Below, piece by piece: positions 13,193 to 27,400 of a stretch of DNA of 64,000 bases. Source of the DNA: Saccostrea cucullata (Eukaryota); contig NW_026924631.1 of NCBI RefSeq assembly GCF_032062105.1, positions 124,001-188,000 of the forward strand. The letters are read 5' to 3'. Numbering within the stretch: the stretch's first letter is position 1; the number at the start of each line of letters is the position of its first letter. A program made the position numbers and the translations under genes. The notes under the pieces were generated by a model. That model did not search any database and was not told the origin of the DNA. It saw only the letters and a program-made list of their open reading frames with translations.

Positions 13193-16100
13193 ATGGAAGA
13201 AGACACAGAAATTGTTTCAGAGACAGAAAGCAGCCCCGAATCCCAAGAAAAAACACCTGACAGTTTTATTGAAGATATTGCAACTGATTATGTCAATTAC
13301 ACTCAGTTTGATTCAGCCAAAGAGGTACATTATATTAAGCATTTCCCTGTCATTTTCCTTTCAGAAAAGGGGGAGGGGCACTTTGAAAAATTTTGAGAAA
13401 AAAGTGTAGAATTGATATTTAAGACAAATTAATTAGCAATACAAGCATGCACCTATGTGTCCTGAATTGCATGTAAATAAGTAGGTTCAAACAGGTTTTA
13501 CTTGTTTTCATGTTTAGAGGTTGGCCATGTACTGTTTAATATAATAAAAATACTTAGGCTTAGAAAGATACAAAATTTAATATTATCAACAAAAGGTTGC
13601 TAGGTGGGCTCTCTGCTTAAAGACATATTGCCAAGGTAATAACAGTATATTGCATATTATTAATATGTTTGCAAGCACACTGTCAGCGAGTTCTACTTAT
13701 AACTAGTCTAATTTATCCTAAACCCCATCCTTAATGCTCTATATACAGTGTACTGTAATTGGACAATTAACTTGATGTATATCAGACACTTAAATTTTCT
13801 TTATTGAGAGTGATAAAGGAGGTTTTGATGTTATCACTTCATTTGATTTGTTGACAGTATTACATTTCAAATCATTGACAAATCAGATAAAAGCAGACAA
13901 ATTGGCAAACACCAAAAACTACTCTGTTGCTGTATAGAAATTAATGGCTGTTGAAATTATCCTATGCCTCATTGAATTTTATCATGTACACATGTCTTGT
14001 AAATTGGATGCATTTGGGTTATTTCATCTTATAACAAACAATGCATTTGGAAACAATAAAAACTGTAGAATAGGAGGAATGTAATTTAAAGGGCTTTTAA
14101 AGGAAAAGTTACATTAATTCATTTTATACAGTGAAAAACTAGCTGCCTTATCTGACACCAAATGTTGTGATCCACCTCACTATCAATATTCCAACACCTA
14201 TTTAAATTCTCTTTTAATTTTATAGTTTTCTCTGTCCTATTCACTGTGAAATTCAACAGTCTGTATAATTATGACACAAAACTTGTCTCCCTTTGCATGT
14301 TTGCAGAATTAGACAAGTTTCACTTGGTGCCAGAATTCCCTTGCCATTATCTGATTATATGAATATTCTTTTTCAGAAAGAAAAATTCAGTGAAAATATA
14401 GAAGGAATGCTGACAAAGATGGAAGAATTCTGTGGTTTAGTTGATATGGTAATAGCTGATTGAAGTTGAGGGATCTTTGAAATTACTGTGAAATCACTAA
14501 TTTTCGTGGGGGTTTAATTTTCGTGGATGTCAAGGTATGTAGAGACCCAAGAATTTGTCCACCACAAAATGCAATTTTTCACTACTGAAAAATTCTTCAA
14601 CCATGAAATAAAATCCCCATGAACCAATATATTTTCCTCAAACAACGAGAATTTGACCCCTCAAAAATATGTGATTTTACAGTAGTTGACGTATAAAATA
14701 TAATGTTGCACATATGATGTGAAATTTCCTGCAGATTCACTAAAAAATTAATCCAAAAAGAAAAAAAAAGAAAATGTAAATGCGAGAACCAAAGACCTTT
14801 GTTGATATTTTATAAATTAGGTCTCTCTTTTCACAGAGTTAACAGTTTTAAACCTTAAAATTTGCACAATCTCTCATAAAATAAAGTTAACTATAAGGTT
14901 GAAACGTTAAATTTCCTTTACATTGAATTAATAAAAAACACCTCCTATTTAGTTTTTTAGCTCTACTGGTCAGAGACCAAAAGAGCTTATGCGATAGTAA
15001 GGTGTCCCTTGTCCCTCCGTCTGTCTAGCTGTCCATCTGTCTGTAAACAATTTTTCAAAATGCTACTTCTCCTACAGTTTTGGTCTGATTTCAATATAAC
15101 TTGGCACACAAGTAGACTATACTAAGATACATAAAATAGTGCATCGGTTTTTGATTTCGATGAATGGTGTTGCCATGGTTACTAAGAATAGAAATTTCTG
15201 TGAATTTTTTTAAAAAACTACTCCTCCTATAGTTTTTGTGAGATTTCAATATACCTTGGCACACAAGTAGACTACACTATGATTCATAATTCAGTGCATT
15301 GGTTCTTGATTTTGATGAACATTGTTGCCATAGTTACTAAAAATAGATATATCTGTGAAATACTTTTAAACGATACTCCTCCTACTGTTTTGGTTTGGTT
15401 TTGGTTTAATATTGCACACAAGTTGCCCCCAAAACAGACTTAATCAAGGATCATTATTATATTTATTGCTGTTGTAAAGTTTCAAGTCCCAATGGCTACT
15501 TCCTCTTCCTTTGTTATAAGTACAAACCAGTAGAGCTACAGTCTTGAAAGAGACTTCTGGTTTTGTGGAAATTATAGATAGTGAAATGTAATACTTATTC
15601 ATATTTTATGCTATGTACCAGGTAAATCTATAATTCATCATACTTTTTATGACAATTTTTAAAACTAATCAAGTTTTATCCATCTTTAAACAAAAAAAAT
15701 TAATTAAACAAATTATAATATTAAAAAAAAAACTTTGAATTGGCCTTTTAGTTTGTTTTGTTGTTGTTTTAGATTAGAGCCGATACTAGCATATGTTTAA
15801 CAGAGACACTACCTAGGATACAGACAAAATGTTCACAGATGCAGGAAATATTTGAGAAAATTGACAAATTAGAGGTACATGTATTACTATAAGGTGATAG
15901 AGAGAATGAAGAATACAGTTAAACTTTGATATCTCAAACACAGCATCTCGAATACAATGGATATCTTGAAGATATTTTGAAGTCCCAACTACTCTATCTT
16001 TGTGTATTTTAATCTCGGCAACTCAAATGCCTGGATATATAGAAGTGTTTTCTTCATGATTTTAGTCCCATTGAGTACCCGTTATATGAACAGTATAGGA

Positions 16101-16780
16101 GTTATCTACCTTTAGTTCAACAGACTAATTTAGTCATTTTGTATGAATCTTTATACGTGTACATGTATTGAACTAGGTCACTTATATTATTTTTTACATA
16201 ACAGGCCTTTGTGGCAATGGTGAAAACAAATGTGGGTGTGTTAGAGGAGTGTGTCAACAAAGCAGAGGATGAAATGGGGTCCTTAAGTGGTCTGAAGAAG
16301 ATGCTATCCTCCTTTGTAGGACCAGTAAGTTGTAGGATTTTTTGTTTTGAAAAAAAAGCAACAAATCTGTTATATTTTTAACAAATGACTGGTAAAATTA
16401 CGGGTATTTAGGGCATGAAGTGAACAAAAAAAAATTTCATGTGGTAATTTTAATATTTTTGTGATTTATTAACGCATGAAAGTCGGTGAAGCAATAATCA
16501 ACAAAGTGTGGGAGGTTTTAAAAAAAAAATTGTGCAATTTTTTATGATTTATAAATAAAAATAGCAGAAATATAAAAGACCTTAAATTAAGAAAAAAAAA
16601 TTGTTCTTACAATGTATTTAACATTTATGCATGAATGTCATGGGTGAATTATCATACTCTTTGCAGAAAAAACCAGTTTCAAAAGCTGTTTTCAACCCAC
16701 CTGAAATTTTCAGCACCAAGGACTATTTTCCAGGACCACAGGAAAAAGTGCAAACAGAAGACATGCCTACAGAAAAGTGA
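13193..16780 (+). CDS. BLOC1S4: Biogenesis of lysosome-related organelles complex 1 subunit 4 (cappuccino), 179 aa
   Basis: Exons 13193-13324, 14377-14448, 15773-15874, 16205-16324 and 16667-16780, all phase 0. The protein contains IEGMLTKMEEFCGLVDMIRADT, IFEKIDKLEAFVAMV and the C-terminal PPEIFSTKDYF, which are characteristic of BLOC1S4. Confidence 0.9.
14484..14683. mobile_element. Tc1/mariner-type MITE
   Basis: TA-CTGTGAAATCAC...GTGATTTTACAG-TA inverted termini. Confidence 0.6.
14952..15562 (-). mobile_element. HINE-like element with ~155-bp internal repeats in a BLOC1S4 intron
   Basis: Palindrome AGCTCTACTGGTCAGAGACCAAAAGAGCT, a CTGT microsatellite, repeated CTACTCCTCCTA(C/T) units and subTIR CCAGTAGAGCT near 15527. 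Confidence 0.65.
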
Positions 16781-19700
16781 CTTAATTACAGGGATAATAA
16801 TACATTCCAGAGTCATATCATTCAGAAAAATAAATTTTGAATCAAATCAACATGTATTTTGAAATACAGCAAAATGGTATAAAAGTAGGGAAAAGGTCAA
16901 ACGTTTGTACCAGGGTACTTAGGTGCTTGAGATTTAAAAGTGTTGCAAAAGGCTTCAAAATGTATGGAAATATGCAGAGAAATAGGCATCGAATATTTTG
17001 GCACGGGCAGTATGATCTTTTAAGTGATTCTTGTATTTGCAATGATGTATCAAATTTAAATCTCGGATTCACATATGGACATAATATGGTGCATTTTAAC
17101 ATGTAATTCATCTAGATTTGTATTTTTTTTATCAGAAGTTTTCAATGGGACCAGTAAATCTTTAGCGGTTTGAGAAACTGTTGAAGCATACAGATGTGCA
17201 ATAGTTTACCGATTTTATGTTGAACCAATGAGTGGGCATATACCTGAACTAACTGTTTTATGTTTTGAAATGTTGTATTTATTACACATATAAATAAATC
17301 AAAGTTCAAAAGCAATTACATATAGTGGCTTGTAATTTTAATGGCATTTTTAAAGGCACAGGCACCTGGCATTACTTATATTTCTTATCTAAAAAAATTA
17401 ATCCCATACCGTGTATTATCTGGTATAGGGTTATTATTTTTTTTTAATATAAGATTGTATGTACTGCTAGATCACATATTTTCATGGGGTTAAATTTTCA
17501 AGGCTTAAGAAGAAATATTGGTTTGTAGATACTGTATAAGTGGTAATTTTAGCGAGACAAAAATTTAGTGAAAAACTGGACAGTAATTTATTTTTAGCGA
17601 GATGTTATTTTAGCGATTTTGAAATGAATGTTTTAACAAATAAATTGCATTTTTAACGATTTAAACGCACACCCTGCTAATAATGCCAAATTAAATCCTT
17701 GCTAAAAACATATACTTGATTTGGAGAAGTGTTCTAGTAATGTAGATGAAGTAGGTAAATCATTTTCACAACAGGTAAATCATTTTTTCAAAAAAAAAAG
17801 CATAATTTATAATTACATGTACTCCAAATAGGCTTTCTGTTCAGAAAGTGAAATGTTTAAATATAAAATTTTAATGTATTTTCATATTTATGTGAAAGTA
17901 TGTTCATATGGTGATATAGACTGAAGTTCCCTTGTGGCATTTTCAGAATTCTGCAAAATTTGATTTACACATATAGATTGAAAAATTGAATGATTTGCAG
18001 GAGAAAATCAAGTCAAAATTTTTTTAAGGATTAAAAAAGTAAATAGATGTACAGTCATGTATAAAGTGGGTATGTATATTTGTTGTTGTTTAGCTATTTG
18101 ACTGGTATAGATTCATAAAACCCGGTAGTTTCCAATAACGTAATAATGAATCCTGTTGACTGCATGTATGTGGTGCACATATAGATTGATGCAGGAATTC
18201 ATGAACACTCTATATATCAAAATATCCTGTTATTTTCACATATGACACAATGAAAATTTGGCCTGTCTCTTATCGAGCAAAAGTTAAAAGTTTTCAAAAA
18301 TATCCAAACCTCAATGTCAAAAGGTGAAAATTAAATGATAGTACATTTTGAAAGGTTTAGTCTCAAGTATTAATTAATGTATACAGGAAATATGAGATAC
18401 CTATCTTTTTTCATTCAAAATGCTGAGGTTTTTGTGACATACTAACACACTGACAGAGGAATGAGATTTCATGCCCCTCCCTTTTCATTAAAACAGGGTA
18501 TTAATAGATTTAAAAAAGATTTTCTAACAGATTTTTAGATATAACTTAACTGAACATTTATGGTTATGAACAAAGTCTGGGTTATGAACAAAGTCTGGGT
18601 TATGAATATATTCATAGATTTTATAACATATTAAGTAAAAATAGCAATCATTATATTTTATTGCCATAAGCAGCGCAGTTAATGTATCAATTCAGCCAAT
18701 AGTGCTGTAGAAGTTAAGTACCGGTAAACCAAGGAGAAGAAAATTTCTTTATACTTAATACTTATATGGCAGGCTTATTACTCTTTTCAAACAACTTTTT
18801 AAATAAGTCAAACTGGATGAATTTTTTTTTTATCGGGTAATTGGTTTACCTGTATTGGTTCATAAATCATTTTATTGATCTTGTTGGGTACACTTTACAT
18901 TTTTCCTCTTTTAGAGCAGTAAATATAACCATAAACAAGTTTTAAGAATAAATGGTGTATAAAGATATGCACCAATTTAATAGCATTTAATAACTAAAAA
19001 TAAAATATTTAAAACATCTACTTATGATAAATCATGTTGCACTTGAATCACCATGCCTTTAAACTTTCAAAAATTAATATATTTATTAGTGATTTGCACA
19101 CATCATGGTAAGCCCACCAGGAAAAGTCATTATAAAGTCATTATAAACTACTTGAAACCTGATGCAGAAAACATGATCCTAGAAGATCAAAAAACAAGAT
19201 TAGCAATAAAATTCAAAATCAGGTCACAGTGACCCATTTTCGTGTGACATTACTGACTTTTAAAATGTTAAAATTAAACCTTGTTATCTCAGTGGAAACA
19301 AGAAAAATCAAGAGGATTTGAGATCAAGTTTAAAAACTTAAAATACAAAAAGAAAAAGTAATTAAGACTTCAAAATCAGTTCAACATATCCAAAGTATTC
19401 AAAATATCAATGTTAAAGATAACAAAATTTAGCTGTTAGTTTTATTTGCATTCCCACACTTCACATATTTACCCCATATGGTTAAAACTAATGTTTAAAA
19501 ACTTTTATTTATCAAAGATGTATGCATATTCATGTCTAATGTTGAAAATTTATTCAGGTTATTTAACCAGTATAGAATGTACTACTATATATACAAGTTC
19601 TAGGTAACATATAATTAGTGATCAATATACGGAAGAAAGGGAATTCACTCAATTTCCAGAAATGATAAAACAGGAAGGAAGGGGATACTTAACGATAATG

Positions 19701-21017
19701 TTCAACTTCCCCTATACTTAGGTATTTTTTTCTCATATGAACCATATTTAGTACAGTATACACTTGCCTGTTAGTTAAATTTTGGAGGAAAAGGGAAAAT
19801 ATGCCCATTTTACAAGGGACTAGTCTAAATAGAAATTAACACTGACCAATAATAAAAAATAAAGTAAATTTATATACAGTAAAATATGCTTATAATCAAG
19901 TGTCAAGGACGGACAATTTTGCTTCATTACGAATATTACAATTTGTTTTATCTGCAAAGTTAACTATTTATTATATCTGTATAAAGTTCATGATATATTT
20001 TAAAGTCACAGGGATTGAAAATCACTTCGCTGTAAGCAGCCATTCATTATAAGCCTGTTTGCCATAAGTATGTTTACTGTACTTAACTGGTATTTTCACA
20101 TCAAGTGGGCATGTTTCTCTGGTATAATTTATAAATTATTCCCTTTTAGATTAATGTAAAAACTAAAAACATATATCTAGGTCACATAGTGTGAAAAAGA
20201 AAAAGACTGCCATTCAGACTTATCTGAAATTATTTATCAAAATGTTTAAAATAAGTTTTTTCAAGTTTTAAAGGTAGAGGGAGTGTAAATTCAAAATTCT
20301 TTATAGATTACACTATAATTGAGTATTCAAAATGCATTTAAATAAACATTTGCTTCTCTTAAAATCATTTTTAAAGATTATCAGCATTGATTCATTCTAC
20401 AAATTTTTATTCACTTGAAATACTTCAAATGGGAGATTGTACCAATTTCTTGAAATTAATGCAGATGAACACAAAAGGCCTATGGGCCTTTACAATCACT
20501 TGGATAATTCCCTGTTATGATTTTCAAAATTAATGCAAGGTATTTCCATCAAATGAAATATTAAGTCCCCATCCCTGGAGCATAAAGAAGAGGCTTAGCT
20601 GATCATTACAATCCTGCAAACACTTTTGTTTTTGTTTGATAGATTTTCATGAGTAAAGTAAATGAAAGTAGAAAGGTGTAATATTTTTGTTCAGAACAGG
20701 AACAAATTTGGCAGATCTAGCTCTTCTTTATTATCAAGCATGCAGTTTGTGTTCTAAATGAAAAGAGTAAAGAATTAAATATGAGGATTTCTCAGTTTTT
20801 CACAGTGTTAATCCAATACCTCAAAAACCATTTTATCAGGGCCAAAACTTGACTGTTGAATTCAGCCTAACTCAGTTATTACACATAGGAAGCTGAAAAT
20901 CCAACATATCCCCCCCCCCATTTTACACACAGGTGGATACTGTAAATGAACTCTTATTCGCATGCGGGAAATTTTTGTGAGGTTTGCGTTTGGTCCTTAA
21001 AGTTTCTGTGTCTATAT

Positions 21018-21018
<1 letters not shown>

Positions 21019-21053
<35 letters not shown>

Positions 21054-22632
21054 TAACTTGGGTGATGCAGTTCTTTACCAGATTCCCCCTCTTGTTATAC
21101 CTTGCTTCCCTTTTATGATTTTAAAATTTTAGAATCTACACTACCCCAGGATGCTTCCATATAAGTTTCAGCTTTCCTGGCACAGTGGTTCTTGAGAAGA
21201 AGATTTTTAAAGATTTGTTCTATATATTTCTATGTAAAACTTGGATTCCTTATTGTGGCCCCGCCCTACCCCCGGGGGTCATGATTTTAACAATTTAAAG
21301 CTGAACACTTCTCATAAATAGGCACTGTCAAACGGGTATATAAACCGTTCGCTTTCGTTACACCCGATTGCACACTCGAAACTCGTGGCAGACATGTAGT
21401 ACTCCTGTCGTAGTCTTAGATTTTTTGCGTTTATTTCTTGTTTTTATGTGCATTTTCTGTTTGTAAATAATGTATTGCCCTGCATTTTTATAATACTTTT
21501 GTCCTGTTTATATATATTTCATCGATATTAGTAGCAATTTGTAAGATGTACGTCTACACTCGTCGGATCTCTATAGTGAAATACATTGAACTGACTAGCG
21601 ATCTGCTCCTTATATACGAGTTGTAGGGAGAGCGTTGAAGAACGAGAAATATGGCGGACTATGCCTATTTACGAGTAGTGTTCAGCTTTAATATCTACAC
21701 TACCCAAGGATGCTTCCACATAAGTTTCAGTTTTCCTGGCCCAGTGGTTCTTGAGAAGAAGATTTTTAAAAATTTGTTATATATATTTCTATGTAAAATT
21801 TGGATTCCCTATTGTGGCCCCGCCCTACCCCTGGGGGTCATGATTTTAACAATTTAATATCTACACTACCCAAGGATGCTTCCACATAAGTTTCAGCTTT
21901 CCTGGCCCAGTGGTTCTTGAGAAGAAGATTTTTAAAGATTTGTTCTATATATTTCTATGTAAAACTTGGATTCCCTATTGTGGCCCCGCCCTACCCCCGG
22001 GGGTCATGATTTTAACAATTTAATATCTACACTACCCAAGGATGTTTCCACGTAAGTTTCAGCTTTCCTGACCCAGTGGTTCTTGAGAAGAAGATTTTTA
22101 ACGATTTTTCATATATATTTCTATGTAAAACTTGGATCCCCTATTGTGGCCCCGCCCTACCCCTGGGGGTCATGATTTTAACAATTTAATATCTACACTA
22201 CCCAAGGATGTTTTCACATAAGTTTCAGCTTTCCTGGCCCAGTGGTTCTTGAGAAGAAGATTTTTAAAGATTTGTTCTATATATTTCTATGTAAAATTTG
22301 GATTCCCTATTGTGGCCCCACCCTACTCCTGGGGGTCATGATTTTAACAATTTAATATCTACAATACCCAAGGATGTTTCCACATAAGTTTCAGCTTTCC
22401 TGGCCCAGTGGTGCTTGAGAAATAGATTTTTTAGTGACCCCACCCTATTTTTTGTCTTTTCTTGATTATCTCCCCTTGTAAGAGGACTTGGCCCTTCATT
22501 TTAACAACTTAAACTCCCCTTCACCCGAGGATGCTTTGTACCAAATTTGGTTAAAATTGGCCCATTGGTTCTTGAGAAGAAGTCGAAAATGTGAAAAGTT
22601 TACAGACCGACGGACGGACGACGGACAAAATG

Positions 22633-22675
<43 letters not shown>
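21019..22675 (+). mobile_element. Second Helitron-N2/Cg_HINE-like element with a ~166-bp satellite array
   Basis: Same termini as 2518-4000 (AACAAGAGGCCCATGGGCC... / ...GCTCAGGTGAGCTAA) and the same tandem unit. Confidence 0.85.
21299..21687. mobile_element. Kolobok-like MITE inserted in a satellite monomer
   Basis: TIR AGCTGAACACTTCTCATAAATAGGCA / TGCCTATTTACGAGTAGTGTTCAGCT with an exact TTAA duplication, interrupting AACAATTTAA|TATCTACAC. Confidence 0.8.
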
Positions 22676-22996
22676 CAACAGATAAAAAAACTTGGTCGAC
22701 AAAATAAATCATTGCGAACTAATTAACCCTTGATAAATTGAGAAATAATATCGTCACGACTAAAAGTTGGTTTACAGTAAACAGTCAAATCTCATTATCT
22801 CAAACTTGATGGGATCAAGATTAAACATTAAACTGGTCGATCTGAAATAACAACAGTAAAAATTGTAAAGAAAATGGTTGGGCCTACTATCTCATTTAAC
22901 TAGAATTAAAGATATTGCTGTTTGAGATAATGAAGTTCAACTGTAGATAACAACAGGTCATCTGTGTGACTAGGTTGGCCTAAAACTACAGGCCTG

Positions 22997-23109
22997 GGGG
23001 CCATAAAACTTAGACAAGCTCACTTTTGATCTAAGTCTCATTTTCCACTATATATTCCTTTAAAGTGAGACTGTGATCAAAAGTGAGCTTGTCTAAGTTT
23101 TATGGCCCC
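22997..23109. repeat. ~45-bp-arm hairpin / minimal MITE
   Basis: GGGGCCATAAAACTTAGACAAGCTCACTTTTGATC has a perfect inverse ending at 23109. Confidence 0.8.
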
Positions 23110-23426
23110 AAGGGCAGGGGCATTTGCTAAGTTCAAAGAAATGATAAATTTAATCAGTTTTCAAGAATTTATTTTTATGTCAATCAGTAAATCCCCTAAA
23201 AGTGTGTATGTTACACTGCTCATTTTTTTGTGACTTGTATGACCACCAAGGTAATCAATATTTTGTTTATTTGTATTCTGAATATCTAAGTTAAATCTAT
23301 ATCTAATAATAACAGTATTATATTGGCATTATTTAATTTGGACAATTTCCTTGATCGGAACACAAGCATCTAAGCTAAAAAGATTCAACTGTATTTATTT
23401 CTGGTCTCATATGAATCTATAAAAGA

Positions 23427-24138
23427 AACAAGATGTGTTTGTGAAACACTATGCGCCCGGCGGCAACAAAGTTAAAAAAATCTATTTTTAGCATATTGGT
23501 CACAGTCAAGGTCAAGGTCATTGACCATGGTGTCATTTGAAAGCACTTAATCGGTGGAGTATGCATCCTTAATATGAAATCCCTGTCTCCTATGGTTCAA
23601 AAGTTATGGCAAAAAGTGTAAAAACCTATTTTTAGCATATAGGTAACAGTCAAGGTCACAAGATCATTGACCTTGTCGTCGTTTGAAAAGACTTTATTAG
23701 TGGAGTATGCATATCAAAAATGAAGTCCCTATCTCCTATGGTTAAAAAGTTATGACAGACAGTGGAAAAAGCTATTTTTAGCATATAGGTCACAGACAAG
23801 GTCACAAGGTCATTGACCTTGGTGTCATTTGAAAGGACTTTATTAGTGGAGTATGCATACCAAATATGAAGTCTCTATCTCTTTTTGTTCAAAAGTTATG
23901 ACAAACAGTGGAAAAAGCTATTTTTAGCATATAGGTCACAGTCAAGGTCACAAGGTCATTGACCTTGATGTCATTTGAAAGGACTTTATTAGAGGAGTAT
24001 GCATACCAAATATGAAGTCTCTATCTCTTACGGTTCAAAACTTTTGGCGAAGGTTAAAGTTGACAAGAGACAGACAGACCAACAGACAAACAGACAGGAC
24101 AAAAACAATATGCGCCCCGAAAAAATTCGGGCGCATAA
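23427..24138 (+). mobile_element. HINE-like element with ~146-bp tandem repeats
   Basis: 5' hairpin GTGTTTGTGAAACAC and subTIR ATGCGCCC; TATTTTTAGCATAT at 23483, 23627, 23773 and 23919; CAGA microsatellite; 3' palindrome ATGCGCCCCGAAAAAATTCGGGCGCAT. Confidence 0.8.
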
Positions 24139-24472
24139 AAATATTTCAAATTTTTGAATATCACAAAATGCCCAGTAAGCCTATTTTACCTATAGCATTT
24201 AAAACATTCTAAAACACTTAAATCTTATATCAAGAACTTTTCAAATACCCACATTTACTGATATCACTATAAAAACACAAAAGGAAGACAGATTTTTCTT
24301 AAAAAATTCTAAACTTTTTAATAAAAAAAAAATGTAACAAAAAACAGATCAGTCAATTGAGGTATATAAGGCCCAGATCCCTGTTAGTAAACAGAAAGAT
24401 CTGATATTAAAATAAGTTAAAAGTGTGGTTATCACAACCATACATCACAGCTATTGCACTTGAGGATCTTTT

Positions 24473-27400
24473 CTATTGTGCATGTTTATTTTTTATGCGC
24501 AACAAATGATTACTAATGCCTAAAGAGCCCCCCATCCCAAAGCGAACAAAATTATCCCCAACCAATGGTCCCATTGAGTAAAGTCCACTTTCCGCAACGC
24601 ACTGGTACGAAAATGGATCTACATGAATCGGATTGTGCTTGCTGTCGATGGCACAGCGTGGTACGACACCAAGATTTCTGCCATCGTATGGAAGAAATGA
24701 TAAGTCAGGACATGCTCCGATCAGAATAGCAATGCAGAAAGCATCCAGAGAAACGATGTCACCCCCGGAAGTTGTCTGGATCAGAACATGATTGTCCTCC
24801 TTCAGTTCCACCAAGGAGTGGTTGGGGTACGGTTTGTACAGGGGATTGATGGTTTTGCCTTTCATCAAAGAATGGATGTTGTGATATTCTGGATAGATAG
24901 CTGCCGGCAATTTTTTGAAAATAAGTTGAGAGTCATTAGCTCCTCTTCGAAAGACGTGAACTACGGGGCGTTTCATCTTGAGAGCCATGATGATGGCGTC
25001 TGCTGCACTTAGTCCAGCTCCGACAATGACGACAGGGTCCTGGGATTTCTTCTTTCGGTTCTGTGATAATACACGTTCAACGTCTTGTAGAGAGTGATGA
25101 ACATAAGGTAAGCTTTCTCCGTGAATACAGAGTCTGTTTGGGACATCAAAGGTTCCTGTTGCTATGACAACATTTGGGGTGCAATAACAGAACTCTTCTC
25201 TGTCTAGCTCACTGTCGCCATGGAAATGGTAACCTCTGACCTCCCACAGGAAGGAGTGGTTTTTGTTTCTACATTTGCATGGCTCCACTTCTCCATTCTC
25301 AGAGTCCACATCTTTATTGCTGTGGTATTTCTTCTGTACAGAAGTAACTACGTGATGGTCCCTGAAAAATGGCCCCAGTCCTCGTTTTTCCACAAAGTCA
25401 CTGTAGTACTTTCTAACGTCTGCAATGGTTGCCCTGCCATTATGAGCATGGTTTTCATCTCTGCAAAATTCAAGTAGAATTTTCTAAATTAAAACGAGCA
25501 TTTTTTAATGAGTGGAATATTTATAAAGATAATATATTGACAGAGAGCCTGTTTTACTCTTATCTTTTTTTCAGGACACTGGCATTCCAGGAATTAATAA
25601 GCAAACAAGTGCTTGACCTAATTCCTGATAACCTATATTTCTGACTTAAGTAATACATTCAGCGACTTCATACTTTTTATTGGATTTTTTTCTCAGCACA
25701 GATTTATACAGTATTTAGAATATATCCAAAGAATAATTAAACTTACTATGAATAAGCATATATAAACACCAGGGCCTGACCATGCATCTAATTTTAAACA
25801 AATTAGGGCAACCTATTTTACAATGGTTATACCTTTTCGGACACCTCACCTTAGATAACTTTATTACCTCAGTCTGTTGCTCTACATACCGGTATGTGGA
25901 TTTGAAATGAGGGGGTCAAATTTAAGTATCACTAGGCTTGATGTATAGATAAAAAGCCTTAAGTTTTAACCTTTTAACCTGTTTCCATCATCGGAAACCC
26001 ACGGTCAGTCTCGCTTCTTGTAAGAGAAGCCAAACCGACCAAAGGTTTTCTATGATGACCTGCTTCAGAAGCATTCAGAGATGAACTTTTCAGCTTATAT
26101 GTGCAGGGCATAGTCAATTTAGAATAAAATTGAATTTTTTTTTTTAGATATTATAAGGGTTAAATACTCATAGCACCTGCAGATGAATCATGATGCAGTT
26201 TTTATCAGCTCTTGTAAGTTATTGGAGTGATGCTAAAATCCAACAATTTTCCTAGAATTACCTGTGGTGTGAATTTTGCCATTCTTTGAAATTAAGAGTG
26301 GGGAGCTCCATCCAGTTAGCAAAACTCAAGGTTTGCATGGCACCATCCATATTCTAAGGATGAAAAAAAAAAAATTTTCAATTATCAAATACTATATGAA
26401 AAAGACAAATGAAACCAGTCTCATCGATGATTCTACATTTCATACAACAAATACAATGTACTGTATACATAGAAATTTTTGCCCCGTTGTATTTTCGCCC
26501 CTTTTGCCCTTGTTGCATTTGGGCAAATTTAAAATGGGGAAAACTCAAATAAAATGGTATTATCTCTTTATCAGAACTGTGTTTGGGGAAATTCAATATG
26601 GGGCAAACTCATTTGAATGTGTGAAAAGGGCGAAAATAACATGGGTTGAAAATAACCCTGTATACAGTATATAAACACTTTATGCTTCTACCTGCCATGC
26701 TCCCCCTGCTTTGCCTTTCCCCAACACCACATGCTCTATAGCATGGTCTTTTTCAAACTTCCATTCCAGTAGGGATGGGTTGTCTACCCCTAGGTCAGCA
26801 TCTGGCCTGCGGAGGGCATCAAACAGAAGAGCCACAGGGTTGGGGGAACGGCCTTCAAGTCCCTCCGACAAGAAGGACAAATCCTGCATAGCGTGACATC
26901 AGCAAATTAGTACATGAAAATTTAACGATGCTGGAAGAGAGAATATTGAACAATGGCCATTAATAAGAGATTAACAGAATTGGTTGAGCAATAAAATTTT
27001 TTTTTATTTCAAAATCAAAAATAAGAAAACTGATTTTTAGAGCTAAAAATAAAAGATACAGGTTTCTATAAAATATAAAGCCCTTTTGTGTTTCTAATAT
27101 ATCATACAAAGTATTGACTTATTACTCATTCAAAGACCTGCATGAACATATTTTTTCTAATTGGTTTAGGGGCTTGAAGGCAAATTATGTCTATCTATCA
27201 AGATAGAGCCTTTTATGTTTACATCATACAATATATTGATTTCCTGCTCATTCATAGACCTGTATATATATTTATCATACACACACAATGAAACATCCTG
27301 CCTCTAACATGTCTAAACCATCAACAACTTATTGACATGAGAATTTCACAATCACTCCTACATTCTATTGGGAACTACAAACCGGTAATTTTTCAGGTCA

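Larger units (their letters stand above)
20940..22777. mobile_element. Mariner-type MITE split by a HINE insertion
   Basis: TA-CTGTAAA at 20938 and TTTACAG-TA at 22771-22779 flank the HINE. Confidence 0.5.
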
